Positions 1 through 10,500 of a stretch of 64,000 bases of DNA are shown here, in pieces (the stretch's first letter is position 1; each line of letters starts with the position of its first letter). Position numbers and translations under genes: made by a program. The notes beneath the pieces were generated by a model. The model was not told the origin of the DNA. It did not search any database and saw only the letters and a list, made by a program, of their open reading frames with translations. The stretch lies in assembly GCA_963809895.1 (NCBI GenBank), contig CAWELD010000003.1, forward strand, positions 1,856,001 through 1,920,000, written 5' to 3'. This DNA is from an uncultured Gemmatimonadales bacterium. GTDB taxonomy: Bacteria > Gemmatimonadota > Gemmatimonadetes > Longimicrobiales > Gaopeijiaceae.

Positions 1-25
1 GCCGTGCCGCCGCCAATCTTCGCAC

Positions 26-1474
26 ATGAACGTCGGTCGAAACGACCCCTGCCCCTGCGGCAGCGGGAAGAAGTACAAGCGGTGCCATGGCCGGGCGGCG
101 GAGACTCCGTCCTCGGCCGAGGACGCCACATGGCGCCGGCTGCGCGCATCGCTGGACGGGTTCCCCACCGTCATGCTCCGCTTTGTCGGCAAGGTCTACG
201 GGCCCGGCGTCGTCGACGAGGCATGGGCGGAGTTCACGGCGTGGCGGGACGACGGGGGATTCGATCCCGACACGCCGCACATGCCGGTCTTCATGCCGTG
301 GTTCTTCCACCAGTGGGCGCCGGACCCGGAAGACACCGGCGTCGGGGACACGTCGTTGTACGATCGCAGCCCCACCCACGTCCTGCTGGAGCGCAGGGGG
401 CGACGGCTCGACGCGATCCTGAGGGACTACCTGGAGGCATGCCTCGCCTCTCCGTTCAGCTTCCACGAGATCGTGCGGACCGATCCCGGCCGCGGATTCC
501 ACACCCGTGACGTGTTCACGGGCGAGGAACATGATGTCCTCGAGCGCTCGGCGTCACGCACGCTGCAGCCCGGCGACACCTTCTTCGGGCAACTGGCCAC
601 GTCCCACGGCATCACCCTGCTGGAAGCCTGTTCCCCACATGCGCTTCCTCCGCGGGACAAGCTCCGGCTCATCGACCTGCGCGAGCGGATGGGCGGCGAG
701 GGAGGTCATCTCACCCGCGAGGCGCTGAAGGAGTGGGACATCGAAGTGCGACTGGAATATCTGCGACGCACGGAGGCTCTACGGAACCCGCCGGCCCCGC
801 AGCTTCAGAACACCGACGGAGAGACCATCGCGTTCCATCGATTGTCCTTCGACATTGCTTCGGCGCAGGGAGCGTTCGACGCGCTCAAGAGCCTCGCGCT
901 CGATGACACGGACGACGACCTGCTGGAATCCGCCGACATCGATGCCGACGGACGCGTGCGCCGTGTGTCGTTCGCCTGGAAGCGAACCGGCAACGCCCTC
1001 CACCGGAGTTGGGACAATACCGTCCTCGGCCACATCGAGATCGACGGCGAGCGGCTGGTGGTGAGTGTCAATTCGGCGGAGCGCGCGGCGAGGGTGAGAG
1101 AGCTCGTGGAGTCCCGGTACCCGGCTGCTCGCCTCACGGGCACGGACGCGGAGACGGTCGAGGCGGCGATGGCGCGACGCTCCGAGGCCGGGGAGGACCC
1201 CTCCGAAAAGGCGGACACGTCGTCCCTCAGCGAGATCCCGGAGGTGCGGGAACGGATCCGGGAGATCATGGCGGAGCAGTATGCGGACTGGATCCACGAG
1301 CCGATCCCGGCCCTCGGCGGCCTGACACCGGTGGATGCGGTCAAGAAGGAGGGAGGGCGCGAGAAGGTCGAGGCCCTCGTCCGCCAGATCGAGCGCGATG
1401 GTCGGCGCATGGATCCGCCACTCGATGAAGCCGTCCCCCGGAGAATGCGCGAGCGGCTCGGGTTGGCCGAGTGA
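26..1474 (+). CDS. SEC-C motif protein with C-terminal Xre/MbcA/ParS-like (DUF2384-type) domain
   Basis: N-terminal [19 protein letters not shown] is a SEC-C zinc motif; C-terminal [14 protein letters not shown] resembles the MbcA/ParS C-terminal signature. Confidence 0.75.
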   Translation: MNVGRNDPCPCGSGKKYKRCHGRAAETPSSAEDATWRRLRASLDGFPTVMLRFVGKVYGPGVVDEAWAEFTAWRDDGGFDPDTPHMPVFMPWFFHQWAPDPEDTGVGDTSLYDRSPTHVLLERRGRRLDAILRDYLEACLASPFSFHEIVRTDPGRGFHTRDVFTGEEHDVLERSASRTLQPGDTFFGQLATSHGITLLEACSPHALPPRDKLRLIDLRERMGGEGGHLTREALKEWDIEVRLEYLRRTEALRNPPAPQLQNTDGETIAFHRLSFDIASAQGAFDALKSLALDDTDDDLLESADIDADGRVRRVSFAWKRTGNALHRSWDNTVLGHIEIDGERLVVSVNSAERAARVRELVESRYPAARLTGTDAETVEAAMARRSEAGEDPSEKADTSSLSEIPEVRERIREIMAEQYADWIHEPIPALGGLTPVDAVKKEGGREKVEALVRQIERDGRRMDPPLDEAVPRRMRERLGLAE

Positions 1475-2445
1475 CCGTGAATTCCGTCGTTCGCGCGAGG
1501 CGCATCATCACCTCCTCGGTTGCGCTGCTGGTGATCGGCTGCGGACCAGGTGCCGACGCCACGCCCGACGCCGACACACCACGCTCCGCCTCTCAGGGCA
1601 CCGACGCCCCCGGCCTCTGGCAACTCTGGGATCAGACGCTGCGCCACGCTCGCTACGTCGACCTCACCCACACGCTCACCCCCGACATCCCCGTCTGGCA
1701 CGGCTTCGCCCCATCCACCTTCGGCCTCGCGCTCAACCCCGAGACCGGCGAGCCCTATCTGTACGCCGCCGACGGATTCGAGGCGACGCGCTACGAGTTG
1801 GGCACGGACCAGTTCGGAACGCAGCTCGACCCACCCGCCCACTGGGCGCCCGAGTACCCCGCCATCGACGAGCTGCCGCCCACCTACGCCCTGCGGCCGC
1901 TGGCGGTGATCTCCATCGCGAACCAGGTGGCCAGCGAGCCAGGCTACCACCTCCAGGTCGCGGACATCGAACAGTGGGAAGCCCGGAACGGCCGTATCCC
2001 CGAGGGGTCGGTGGTGATGGTGCGCTCGGACTGGTCGAAGGACTGGCCCGATCCGGCGCTGGCGACGCAGACGGTGTTCCCCGGCGTGTCGCTGGCGGCG
2101 CTCCAGTTCCTGCACGAGCAGCGCCACATCCTGTTCCATGGCCACGAGCCCCTGGACACCGACACCACGCCGACCCTCGAGGGCGAGGACTGGCTCATGC
2201 ACCACGGCTACGCTCAAGCCGAGGGCGTCACACACCTGGATCAGGTCCCCGAGACCGGGTGCCTGGTGACGATCGGCTACCCCAAGTTCAAAGGCGGCGT
2301 CGGGGGATTCGCGCGCTACGTGGCCATCTGCCCGTCGGAGTGGACCTCGGGCGTGGCGGTCGGCGAGGTACCGGAGGCCCCGCTACCGCGCAGCGAGCGG
2401 ATCCTGCAGTGGGATTCGGTTCGGGGGATGCGGGTGCGCCGGTAG
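1471..2445 (+). CDS. Cyclase-family (kynurenine formamidase-like) metal hydrolase, probable lipoprotein
   Basis: YVDLTH and [10 protein letters not shown] motifs; lipobox-like LVIGC; GTGA overlap with upstream gene. Confidence 0.8.
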   Translation: MTVNSVVRARRIITSSVALLVIGCGPGADATPDADTPRSASQGTDAPGLWQLWDQTLRHARYVDLTHTLTPDIPVWHGFAPSTFGLALNPETGEPYLYAADGFEATRYELGTDQFGTQLDPPAHWAPEYPAIDELPPTYALRPLAVISIANQVASEPGYHLQVADIEQWEARNGRIPEGSVVMVRSDWSKDWPDPALATQTVFPGVSLAALQFLHEQRHILFHGHEPLDTDTTPTLEGEDWLMHHGYAQAEGVTHLDQVPETGCLVTIGYPKFKGGVGGFARYVAICPSEWTSGVAVGEVPEAPLPRSERILQWDSVRGMRVRR

Positions 2446-2454
2446 CGGCGCTAG

Positions 2455-3630
<1,176 letters not shown>

Positions 3631-3634
<4 letters not shown>

Positions 3635-3891
3635 GAGTCGAGTTTCCGCGCCACCTCTTCGGCCTCGAGCTCGTCGACCAGTTGGTTCAACCGATCGAGA
3701 TCGGTGCCCGGGCGAAAGCCGAACTGGTGCGGTTCGACTGTGAAGGCCGCCGGTGTAGCGGGCTTGTCGGTCATCCCGAGGCCGAGACGGAGCGCGCGGT
3801 TCACGACGGCCTTCATGCCCTCGCCGGAGCGCTTCATCTCCGACTCCAACCGCTTCGCCACATCCGGGTCCAGTGTAAGGGTGGTACGCAT
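3631..3891 (-). CDS. vapB: VapB-type antitoxin (RHH/CopG-like)
   Basis: MRTTLTLDPDV N-terminus; 86 aa; directly upstream of PIN toxin. Confidence 0.85.
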
Positions 3892-3895
3892 GTCC

Positions 3896-3907
3896 GCATC
3901 ATGATGC
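3896..3907. promoter_or_regulatory. Palindromic operator candidate for VapBC autoregulation
   Basis: Perfect palindrome GCATCATGATGC 4 nt upstream of the vapB start. Confidence 0.55.
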
Positions 3908-4055
3908 TCACAGTTGATGATGTCAAGATGATCTCCCGCCACGCGGCGCCCCCAACTCCCGAATCCGCTGAAGGCGTGCAGGCGTCCACAAACTGCACCG
4001 TCCACCTGGGCGAGCCCATGGGTGAATGCGCCGAGTGCCGGCTGGCTGAAGACCC

Positions 4056-6752
4056 CTACTCCGCCCCCAGCACCCTGGCCGGATCCAACCTCGTGGCGGC
4101 GCGCGCCGGCACGAGGATGGCGGCTGCGGATACGGCGACGACCACCACCGCGATCACCACGTACACGAGCGGATCGGTGGCGCTGACGCGGTACAGGAGT
4201 CCCTGGATCAGGCGGGTCAGGAAGAGGGCGGCACCGGTGCCCACCGCGAGACCCACGAGCACGGGCAGGACCATGGAGCGGACCTGGCTCTGGAGAATGG
4301 AATCCCCCGACGCGCCCAGGGCCATGCGCACGGCGATGTCCCGCCGCTGGCGGCTGATGGCGTAGGCGACCACGCCGGCGATCCCCACCACCGACAGGAC
4401 GAGCGCGAGCGCGCCGAACGCGGACAGGAGGACGGCGCCCATGCGCTGCGGCATGAGCACCCCCGCCACCATGTCGTCCATGGTCCTGGCGTAGTACGCG
4501 GATACGTCACGGTCCAGAGATCCCAGGACCGAGCGCATGGTGCCCAGCGCGGCGTCCGGTGAGGCCGAGCGCGTGACCACCGTCAGGAACCTGGACGCCG
4601 CCATGGAGGGCATCTGCGCCAGGGGCGCGTACATGTAGTTCGTGACCTCGTCGTCGAGCCCGTTCCAGGTCGTGTTGCCGAGCTCGCCCACCACCCGGAA
4701 CTCGGTGCCGCTCACCGTGACGAGACCGCCCACGGCCCCACCGGACGGCCAGTAGCGCTCGGCCATCCCCCGACTCACGAGAGCCACGCGCTCGCCGCCC
4801 TGAGCGTCGCCGTCATTGAAGTCACGACCTTCCAGAAGCGGCACACCGACGGTCTCGGAGAATCCCGGAGTGGTGACGACCAGGTCCAGCCGGAGCTCCT
4901 CGTCGGGCGCCGGCTGATAGCCGTTCACGTCGAAGAAGAGCCCCAGGGCGCCGCCGTCCTGCAGCGGCACCCGGGTCGCAGTGGTCACCGACTCCACGCC
5001 CGGTGCCGCCCGGAGGCGATCCTCGAAGGTGCGCACGAAGCTCCAGGCATCCTCCGTCTGGTATCCCACGAGATCCAGATTGTAGCGCAGCGCGGCCACG
5101 CCTTCGGGGCGGAAGCCGAGGTCCGTGGCCAGGCCGGCCCGCAGCGTCCGCACGAAGAGCCCCGACCCGATCAGGAGCACCAGGCTGAGCGCGATCTGCA
5201 CCGCCACCAGCGCCTTGCGGGCCCGGGTGGAGCGGTGATCGTCGCGCGTGCTCCGCCCGCTCGTGAGGGCCTGCGACAGATCCGTGCGGCTGCCCTGAAG
5301 CGCCGGCGCGAGGCCGAACAGCACCGCGGTGCCCAGGGTCACGAGGCCGGTCAGGAGGAGCGCGCCCCCGTCGAGGCCGAGATCCAGCGAGGCGATAGGG
5401 ACCCCGCCCGGCAGATCGAAGCGGCTGAGCACGCGCATGAGGGCGTCGGCCACGACCAGGCCCGCGAGGCCTCCCAGGGCGGCGAGCACCACGCTCTCGG
5501 TGGCGAGCTGCCGCACGATGCGGCCACGATCAGCGCCCATGGCCCGGCGCACGCCCACGTCGCGCCGACGACCCGAGGCCCGGGCCAGGAGCAGGTTCGC
5601 CAGGTTGGCGCAGCACAGCAGGAGCGCGAGTCCCACGGTGCCGCCCAGCAGGAGCACGAAGGTACGGAGGTCGGCCTCGCGCTCGGGCGGCAGGATGTAG
5701 CCCTTCAGCGGGTCCAGGGTCACGGAGCGGGGACCGCGCGCGTCCGGGTCCTCGTCCTGCATCTGCGTCGACAGTGCCAGCAGCTCCGCCCGGGCGGCCT
5801 CGGGCGACGTCCCGGGAGCCAGGCGAGCCACCAGCAGGTCGATCCAGCGACTGCCGCGCACCTCGAAGCGGTCCGTGAAGTCCTCGTCGCCACCCGTCAG
5901 GTACGGGCGCGATTGCATCGGGACCCACAGCTCCGGATGCAGGTTGATGCGGAGGCCGTCGAAGTCGGCGGGCGCGACGCCCACGACCTGGAAGGCCCGG
6001 CCGTTGAGCCGGATCGTCGAGCCCACCACCCCGGGATCGGCGGCGAAGTGCGTACGCCAGAGCTCGTGGGACAGCACCGCCACCGGTGCGCCTCCGCCGA
6101 ACTCGTCGTCTGCGGGCGAGAGCAGGCGTCCCTCGGCCGGCACCAGGCCCAGCAGATCGAAGAAGTTGCCCGTGACCGTCTGGACCGTGAGGAGCTGGGC
6201 GCCCTGATCCTCGCTCCCCAGCGACGCGCTGATGAGCGCCGTGGCGGCCAGGTCCCGGATCCCGTCGGTGCGGTCGCGGTAGTCGAGGAAGTCCGGATAG
6301 GAGCTCGAGCAGCGGGGGGTCCCGTTGCGGCACGTGGTGTAGACAGCGGCCAACTCGCCCACGTCCCGAACGGCCGGCGCGGCGAGGAGCGCCTCTCGCG
6401 CCACGCTGAAGATCGCCGTGCTGGCCCCGATCCCCAGTGCCAGCGTGGTCACCGCCACCAGCGTGAACAGAGGCTCCCGCCGATACGACCGGAGGGCAAT
6501 CCTGAGATCCTGCGCCATCGATCCCACCCACTCGCGGAACGCCGTCGTCCACCTCGTCATCCTCGCCTCCCTCATCATGCGTCTGCGTATTTCATCGGGA
6601 TCCCCGAACGCACGCACCGCCTCGCGCCGCGCGGATGCCGGATCGAGGCCCGACGCCTCGAACTCCTTCGCCCGCATCTCGAGATAGAATCGGATCTCCT
6701 CGCGCACTTCGTCGGAGACGTCCGGCTCTTCGAGTCGCGTCCACAGGCTCAT
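4056..6752 (-). CDS. ADOP-family duplicated ABC permease (MacB_PCD/FtsX x2) with N-terminal prefix domain
   Basis: TLALGIGASTAIFS, CANLANLLLAR, RMALGA motifs; paired with upstream PadR. Confidence 0.9.
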   Translation of the reverse strand: MSLWTRLEEPDVSDEVREEIRFYLEMRAKEFEASGLDPASARREAVRAFGDPDEIRRRMMREARMTRWTTAFREWVGSMAQDLRIALRSYRREPLFTLVAVTTLALGIGASTAIFSVAREALLAAPAVRDVGELAAVYTTCRNGTPRCSSSYPDFLDYRDRTDGIRDLAATALISASLGSEDQGAQLLTVQTVTGNFFDLLGLVPAEGRLLSPADDEFGGGAPVAVLSHELWRTHFAADPGVVGSTIRLNGRAFQVVGVAPADFDGLRINLHPELWVPMQSRPYLTGGDEDFTDRFEVRGSRWIDLLVARLAPGTSPEAARAELLALSTQMQDEDPDARGPRSVTLDPLKGYILPPEREADLRTFVLLLGGTVGLALLLCCANLANLLLARASGRRRDVGVRRAMGADRGRIVRQLATESVVLAALGGLAGLVVADALMRVLSRFDLPGGVPIASLDLGLDGGALLLTGLVTLGTAVLFGLAPALQGSRTDLSQALTSGRSTRDDHRSTRARKALVAVQIALSLVLLIGSGLFVRTLRAGLATDLGFRPEGVAALRYNLDLVGYQTEDAWSFVRTFEDRLRAAPGVESVTTATRVPLQDGGALGLFFDVNGYQPAPDEELRLDLVVTTPGFSETVGVPLLEGRDFNDGDAQGGERVALVSRGMAERYWPSGGAVGGLVTVSGTEFRVVGELGNTTWNGLDDEVTNYMYAPLAQMPSMAASRFLTVVTRSASPDAALGTMRSVLGSLDRDVSAYYARTMDDMVAGVLMPQRMGAVLLSAFGALALVLSVVGIAGVVAYAISRQRRDIAVRMALGASGDSILQSQVRSMVLPVLVGLAVGTGAALFLTRLIQGLLYRVSATDPLVYVVIAVVVVAVSAAAILVPARAATRLDPARVLGAE

Positions 6753-6759
6753 GCGCGGG

Positions 6760-7092
6760 TCAGCGCCCGTCGTCGGCCAGCACCGCCTGCACCGCGCCCG
6801 ACAACTCGTTGAAGCGCGCCGACTGCGTGGCCAGGTGCGCGGTCCCGGCCTCGGTCATGCGGTAGAACTTCGCCCGCCGGCCCGTGTCGGTCCGGTCCCA
6901 TTCGGACACCAGCAGTCCCTGCCGCTTGAGTCGGTGGAGCGCCGGGTAGAGCACCCCTTCCTCGACGTCCAGCACCCCATCCGACGTGTCCCGGATCTCG
7001 CGGCCGATGGCGTATCCGTGCTTGGGTCCGGCCCGCAGGGTGCGGAGGATCAACAGGTCCAGGGTGCCGCTGAAGAGATCGCTACCGCCCAT
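6760..7092 (-). CDS. PadR-family transcriptional regulator
   Basis: GTLDLLIL, HGYAI, EEGVLYPALHRL, GRRAKFY. Confidence 0.92.
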   Translation of the reverse strand: MGGSDLFSGTLDLLILRTLRAGPKHGYAIGREIRDTSDGVLDVEEGVLYPALHRLKRQGLLVSEWDRTDTGRRAKFYRMTEAGTAHLATQSARFNELSGAVQAVLADDGR

Positions 7093-7133
7093 GAGTCACC
7101 TCGCTTGCGGCGAGCAGCGCTCCCGCTCACCCC

Positions 7134-7160
7134 TAGTTCGACTATGCTTGGTTCGAACCA
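7134..7160. promoter_or_regulatory. Two palindromic boxes upstream of PadR (putative operator)
   Basis: Near-palindrome TAGTTCGACTA (7134-7144) and perfect palindrome TGGTTCGAACCA (7149-7160). Confidence 0.5.
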
Positions 7161-7200
7161 GTATAACGGGGGATCCCTATCCGGGCTAGGGGTGGGGGTG

Positions 7201-7626
7201 CTACGAGCCCGGCAGGATCCGGAAGCCCTCCAACCGAGCCGCCAGTGCGAGCCGCTCATCGAACGTGACGAAGGCCGCCCCCGTGAGGCCTGGACTCCAG
7301 ACGCGGGCGGCCGCCAGCTGCAGCGCGTCGGCGGCCTTGAGAGGATGGACGCGAAGGAGCCGCTTGGCGTGATCCCGCACCTCCTCGGAGGGCAGGATCT
7401 CGAGCCAGGACTCGCGGAGCCGAGCGAGCAGGTCGAGGACCTGCCCCTCCTCCTGCGGGGTCAGCCGCTCCTCCCGCCGGAGACGGGCTGCGGCTGATGC
7501 GCATTCGACGGGCGTCCCCCACCATGCGACGATCTCCGGGTCCTCCGAGAGCAGGGCGGAGACGCTCGCGGTCAGCTCCTGTTCCAGGAGCAAGGGGACG
7601 AGCGCCGACGTATCCCAGAACCTCAC
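7201..7626 (-). CDS. vapC: VapC-family PIN domain toxin
   Basis: MRFWDTSALVPL, LKAADALQLAAA, FVTFDERL. Confidence 0.9.
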   Translation of the reverse strand: MRFWDTSALVPLLLEQELTASVSALLSEDPEIVAWWGTPVECASAAARLRREERLTPQEEGQVLDLLARLRESWLEILPSEEVRDHAKRLLRVHPLKAADALQLAAARVWSPGLTGAAFVTFDERLALAARLEGFRILPGS

Positions 7627-7922
7627 CAGCCCTCCGCGCGCTCTTCGAGGACCGCCGCCAGACTGCGGCCCTCGGGATCGGCGGGGCGGGAGCCACTCAG
7701 GGAGCCGGGATCCAGCCGCCGAACCGGCCGTCGGATCAACCCCGCCCGGGCCAACTCCTCCGTGTGGCCCGTGAGGGCGTCCGCCCCCTCCAGCGGACCC
7801 AAGCGGGCGACCGGCGTGCCGCGATCGGTCACGACCACCCCTTCACCCGCCTTCGCCTTTCGCAGGTACTCGCTCAAGTGAGCCTTGAGCGTGGCGACGG
7901 AGACCCGCGCTTCCGACATCAC
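7623..7922 (-). CDS. Phd/YefM-family antitoxin
   Basis: LKAHLSEYLRKAKAGEGVVVTDRGTPVARL; overlaps toxin start. Confidence 0.9.
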   Translation of the reverse strand: MMSEARVSVATLKAHLSEYLRKAKAGEGVVVTDRGTPVARLGPLEGADALTGHTEELARAGLIRRPVRRLDPGSLSGSRPADPEGRSLAAVLEERAEGW

Positions 7923-8025
7923 ACCTCCATGGTCATGATCATATAACCATATTAGTCACATATCCTCCATCAAGCCAGAGAGAGGGTGAGTAAACACCCC
8001 GATCCCTCACGTCGTCTCAGTTCAC

Positions 8026-10452
8026 GTGAACTCCCTCCTCCGTGACCTGTCGCACGGCATCCGCGTCCTGCGGAAGACTCCGGTCTTCTCGGTGGTGGCG
8101 ATCGTGACTCTGGCGCTGGGGGTCGGCGCCAACGCCGCGATCTTCTCGCTGGCCCGCACCCTGTTGGTCCGGCCCGTCGAGGGCGTTCGGGCCGAGGGCG
8201 TATTCCACGTGACCGCCCGGCGCGCCGATGGCACCACGGACGGCATCTTCTCCTACCAGGACTACATGCGCCTCCGGGCGAGGAGCGCGTCCGCGGAACT
8301 CGCGGCGCACTACTCGTCGGCGCCCCTGACCGACGACTCGGACGCCGGCCGTGAAGTGGCCGGTGCGGCCGTGTCGTCGAACTTCTTTCGGGTGCTGGGC
8401 GTGGAGCCCGCGCGCGGGCGGTTGTTCACGTCTGAGGAGGAAGGTCTCCGGGGCGGCGCGCCCGTGGCCGTGATCAGCGATGCCTTCTGGCGGGAGCGCT
8501 TCGGAGGAGCACCGGATGCCGTCGGAGCGGAGATCCGCCTCAACGGGGTCGTGTTCACGGTGGTCGGCATCGCGCCCCCGTACTTTCACGGCGTCCGGAC
8601 CACCTGGCGCAACGACGTGTGGGTGCCGCTCTCCATGCTGGGCACGGCCTATCGCTGGTGTGATCCTTTCGAGCCCGGATGCGACACGCTGGGCCTGGTG
8701 GGGCGACTGCACGGCGGCGCCACCCTCGAGCAGGCGCGCGCAGAGCTGGCGAGTCTGTCCCCTTCCCTGACCCCGGAAGACGGTGACGATGCCCCCCGGA
8801 CGTTGGAGCTGACAACTCTCGGGGGATTGATGCCCGGCGCGGGCCGAGAGGGCTGGCGCAACAATCTCGTCCTCCTCTTCCTCGCAGGTGGGCTTCTTCT
8901 CGGCGTGGCGTGCGCCAACCTGGCCGGCGCGCTTCTGTCGTCGGGGCTCGCCCGCCGTGGGGAGTTGGCCGTGCGCCTGTCGCTGGGCGCCAGCGCCAGC
9001 CGCATTCGACGGCAGCTCCTCACCGAGAGCCTCATGCTCGCCCTGGCCGGTGCGGGACCCGGAATTCTCGTGGCCGATCGGATCCAGCGCCTCCTGGCCG
9101 CCATGTACGCGGTGGACTCCGAGGGATACGCCATGCCGCTGGACCTGCGCCTGGATCCCACGGTCATCGGATTCGCGGTGGTCCTGGCCCTGGCTACCGG
9201 CATGGTCTTCGGACTGGCGCCGGCCTGGCGCGCCGGCCGCGCCGACCTGAGCCGCACCCTGCACGAGTCCGGCACGCGCTCCACGCGCCGCCCACCTCTC
9301 GTCGGTGCCCTGGCGGCGATCCAGGTCGGGCTCACCCTGGCGGCGCTGGTCGGTGGGGGATTGCTGGCCCGCAGCGCAGCCGGGATCGGGGCGGGTGCCG
9401 GCTTCGATCCCTCGCGCGTGGCGCTCTTCCGCGTACGTCCGCGGCTGATCGGCTACAGCGCGTCGCGCGCCCGGGCCTACACCGCCGAGGTGCTCCGCCA
9501 GCTCGAGGCCACACCCGGCGTGCGTTCTGTCACGTTGGCCGACGGGGTCGGGTTCGTGTGGGGAGACGGCTCTCCCACGCCGACGTGGTCATCGGACGCG
9601 CCACCCGACGACCCCGAGGCCGCCCTCCGCGTGGGTCACAAGGAGGTCGCGCCCCGTTTCTTCGAAACCCTGGACGTGCAGGTCGCCGGACGCGAGTTCG
9701 GATCCGGAGACGAGCCCACCTCGGAGCCCGTGGCCGTAGTGGACCGGACCCTGGCCCGGCAGCTCTGGCCCGACGGCGCCGTCCTGGGCCGCAGCGTGGT
9801 GGTGGACGGCCGGACGCGTCGCGTGGTGGGAGTCGTGGAAGACATGCACTTCCACAGCGCCACCGAGCCCGCTCGACCCCACGTGTGGACCCCCTACGCA
9901 CAGGACACCACCCAGGTCGATGCCCGCTTCGCCGTTCGGGTAGAGGGCGATCCCACGACTCGCATGCCCGAGCTACTTCAGGTCGTGCGCGGCGTGGATC
10001 CAGCGGTGCCTGTCACGGAGACGCTGGCCCTGGGCGCCCAGGTGCGCGCCGCGTTCCGGTCCGTTCGCGTCATCGCGCTGGCGGTGGCGTACTCGGCGCT
10101 GCTGGCCGTGGTCCTGGCCGGGATCGGCCTCTACGGCATGGTCACGTTCACCGTGGCCAGCCAGCGGCGCGCTCTCGCCGTGCGCAAAGCCCTGGGGGCT
10201 GCCGCCCCGGACATCATCGGCGCGCTGGCTCGGGACATCGGCACGATCCTGCTGGCCGGCACAGGGGTCGGCATCGTCCTGGCCCTGGCACTGGCCCGCA
10301 CGCTGGCGCACCTGGCCTACGGCGTGGCGCCCTGGGATCCCGTCACCCTGGCCCTGGCCGTCACGACGCTGCTGGCGGTGGCGCTCGCGGCCTTCGCCTG
10401 GCCCACGCGCAGAGCGCTGGAGGTGGAGCCCCGGGAGGCGTTGGCGGAATGA
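8026..10452 (+). CDS. ADOP-family duplicated ABC permease (no N-terminal prefix domain)
   Basis: TLALGVGANAAIFS, ACANLA, ELAVRLSLGA; two FtsX halves. Confidence 0.9.
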   Translation: MNSLLRDLSHGIRVLRKTPVFSVVAIVTLALGVGANAAIFSLARTLLVRPVEGVRAEGVFHVTARRADGTTDGIFSYQDYMRLRARSASAELAAHYSSAPLTDDSDAGREVAGAAVSSNFFRVLGVEPARGRLFTSEEEGLRGGAPVAVISDAFWRERFGGAPDAVGAEIRLNGVVFTVVGIAPPYFHGVRTTWRNDVWVPLSMLGTAYRWCDPFEPGCDTLGLVGRLHGGATLEQARAELASLSPSLTPEDGDDAPRTLELTTLGGLMPGAGREGWRNNLVLLFLAGGLLLGVACANLAGALLSSGLARRGELAVRLSLGASASRIRRQLLTESLMLALAGAGPGILVADRIQRLLAAMYAVDSEGYAMPLDLRLDPTVIGFAVVLALATGMVFGLAPAWRAGRADLSRTLHESGTRSTRRPPLVGALAAIQVGLTLAALVGGGLLARSAAGIGAGAGFDPSRVALFRVRPRLIGYSASRARAYTAEVLRQLEATPGVRSVTLADGVGFVWGDGSPTPTWSSDAPPDDPEAALRVGHKEVAPRFFETLDVQVAGREFGSGDEPTSEPVAVVDRTLARQLWPDGAVLGRSVVVDGRTRRVVGVVEDMHFHSATEPARPHVWTPYAQDTTQVDARFAVRVEGDPTTRMPELLQVVRGVDPAVPVTETLALGAQVRAAFRSVRVIALAVAYSALLAVVLAGIGLYGMVTFTVASQRRALAVRKALGAAAPDIIGALARDIGTILLAGTGVGIVLALALARTLAHLAYGVAPWDPVTLALAVTTLLAVALAAFAWPTRRALEVEPREALAE

Positions 10453-10500
10453 GGGGGCTTCGAGGCCTGGTCCGCTCAGCCCCCGGACCCGCGCCGACCC

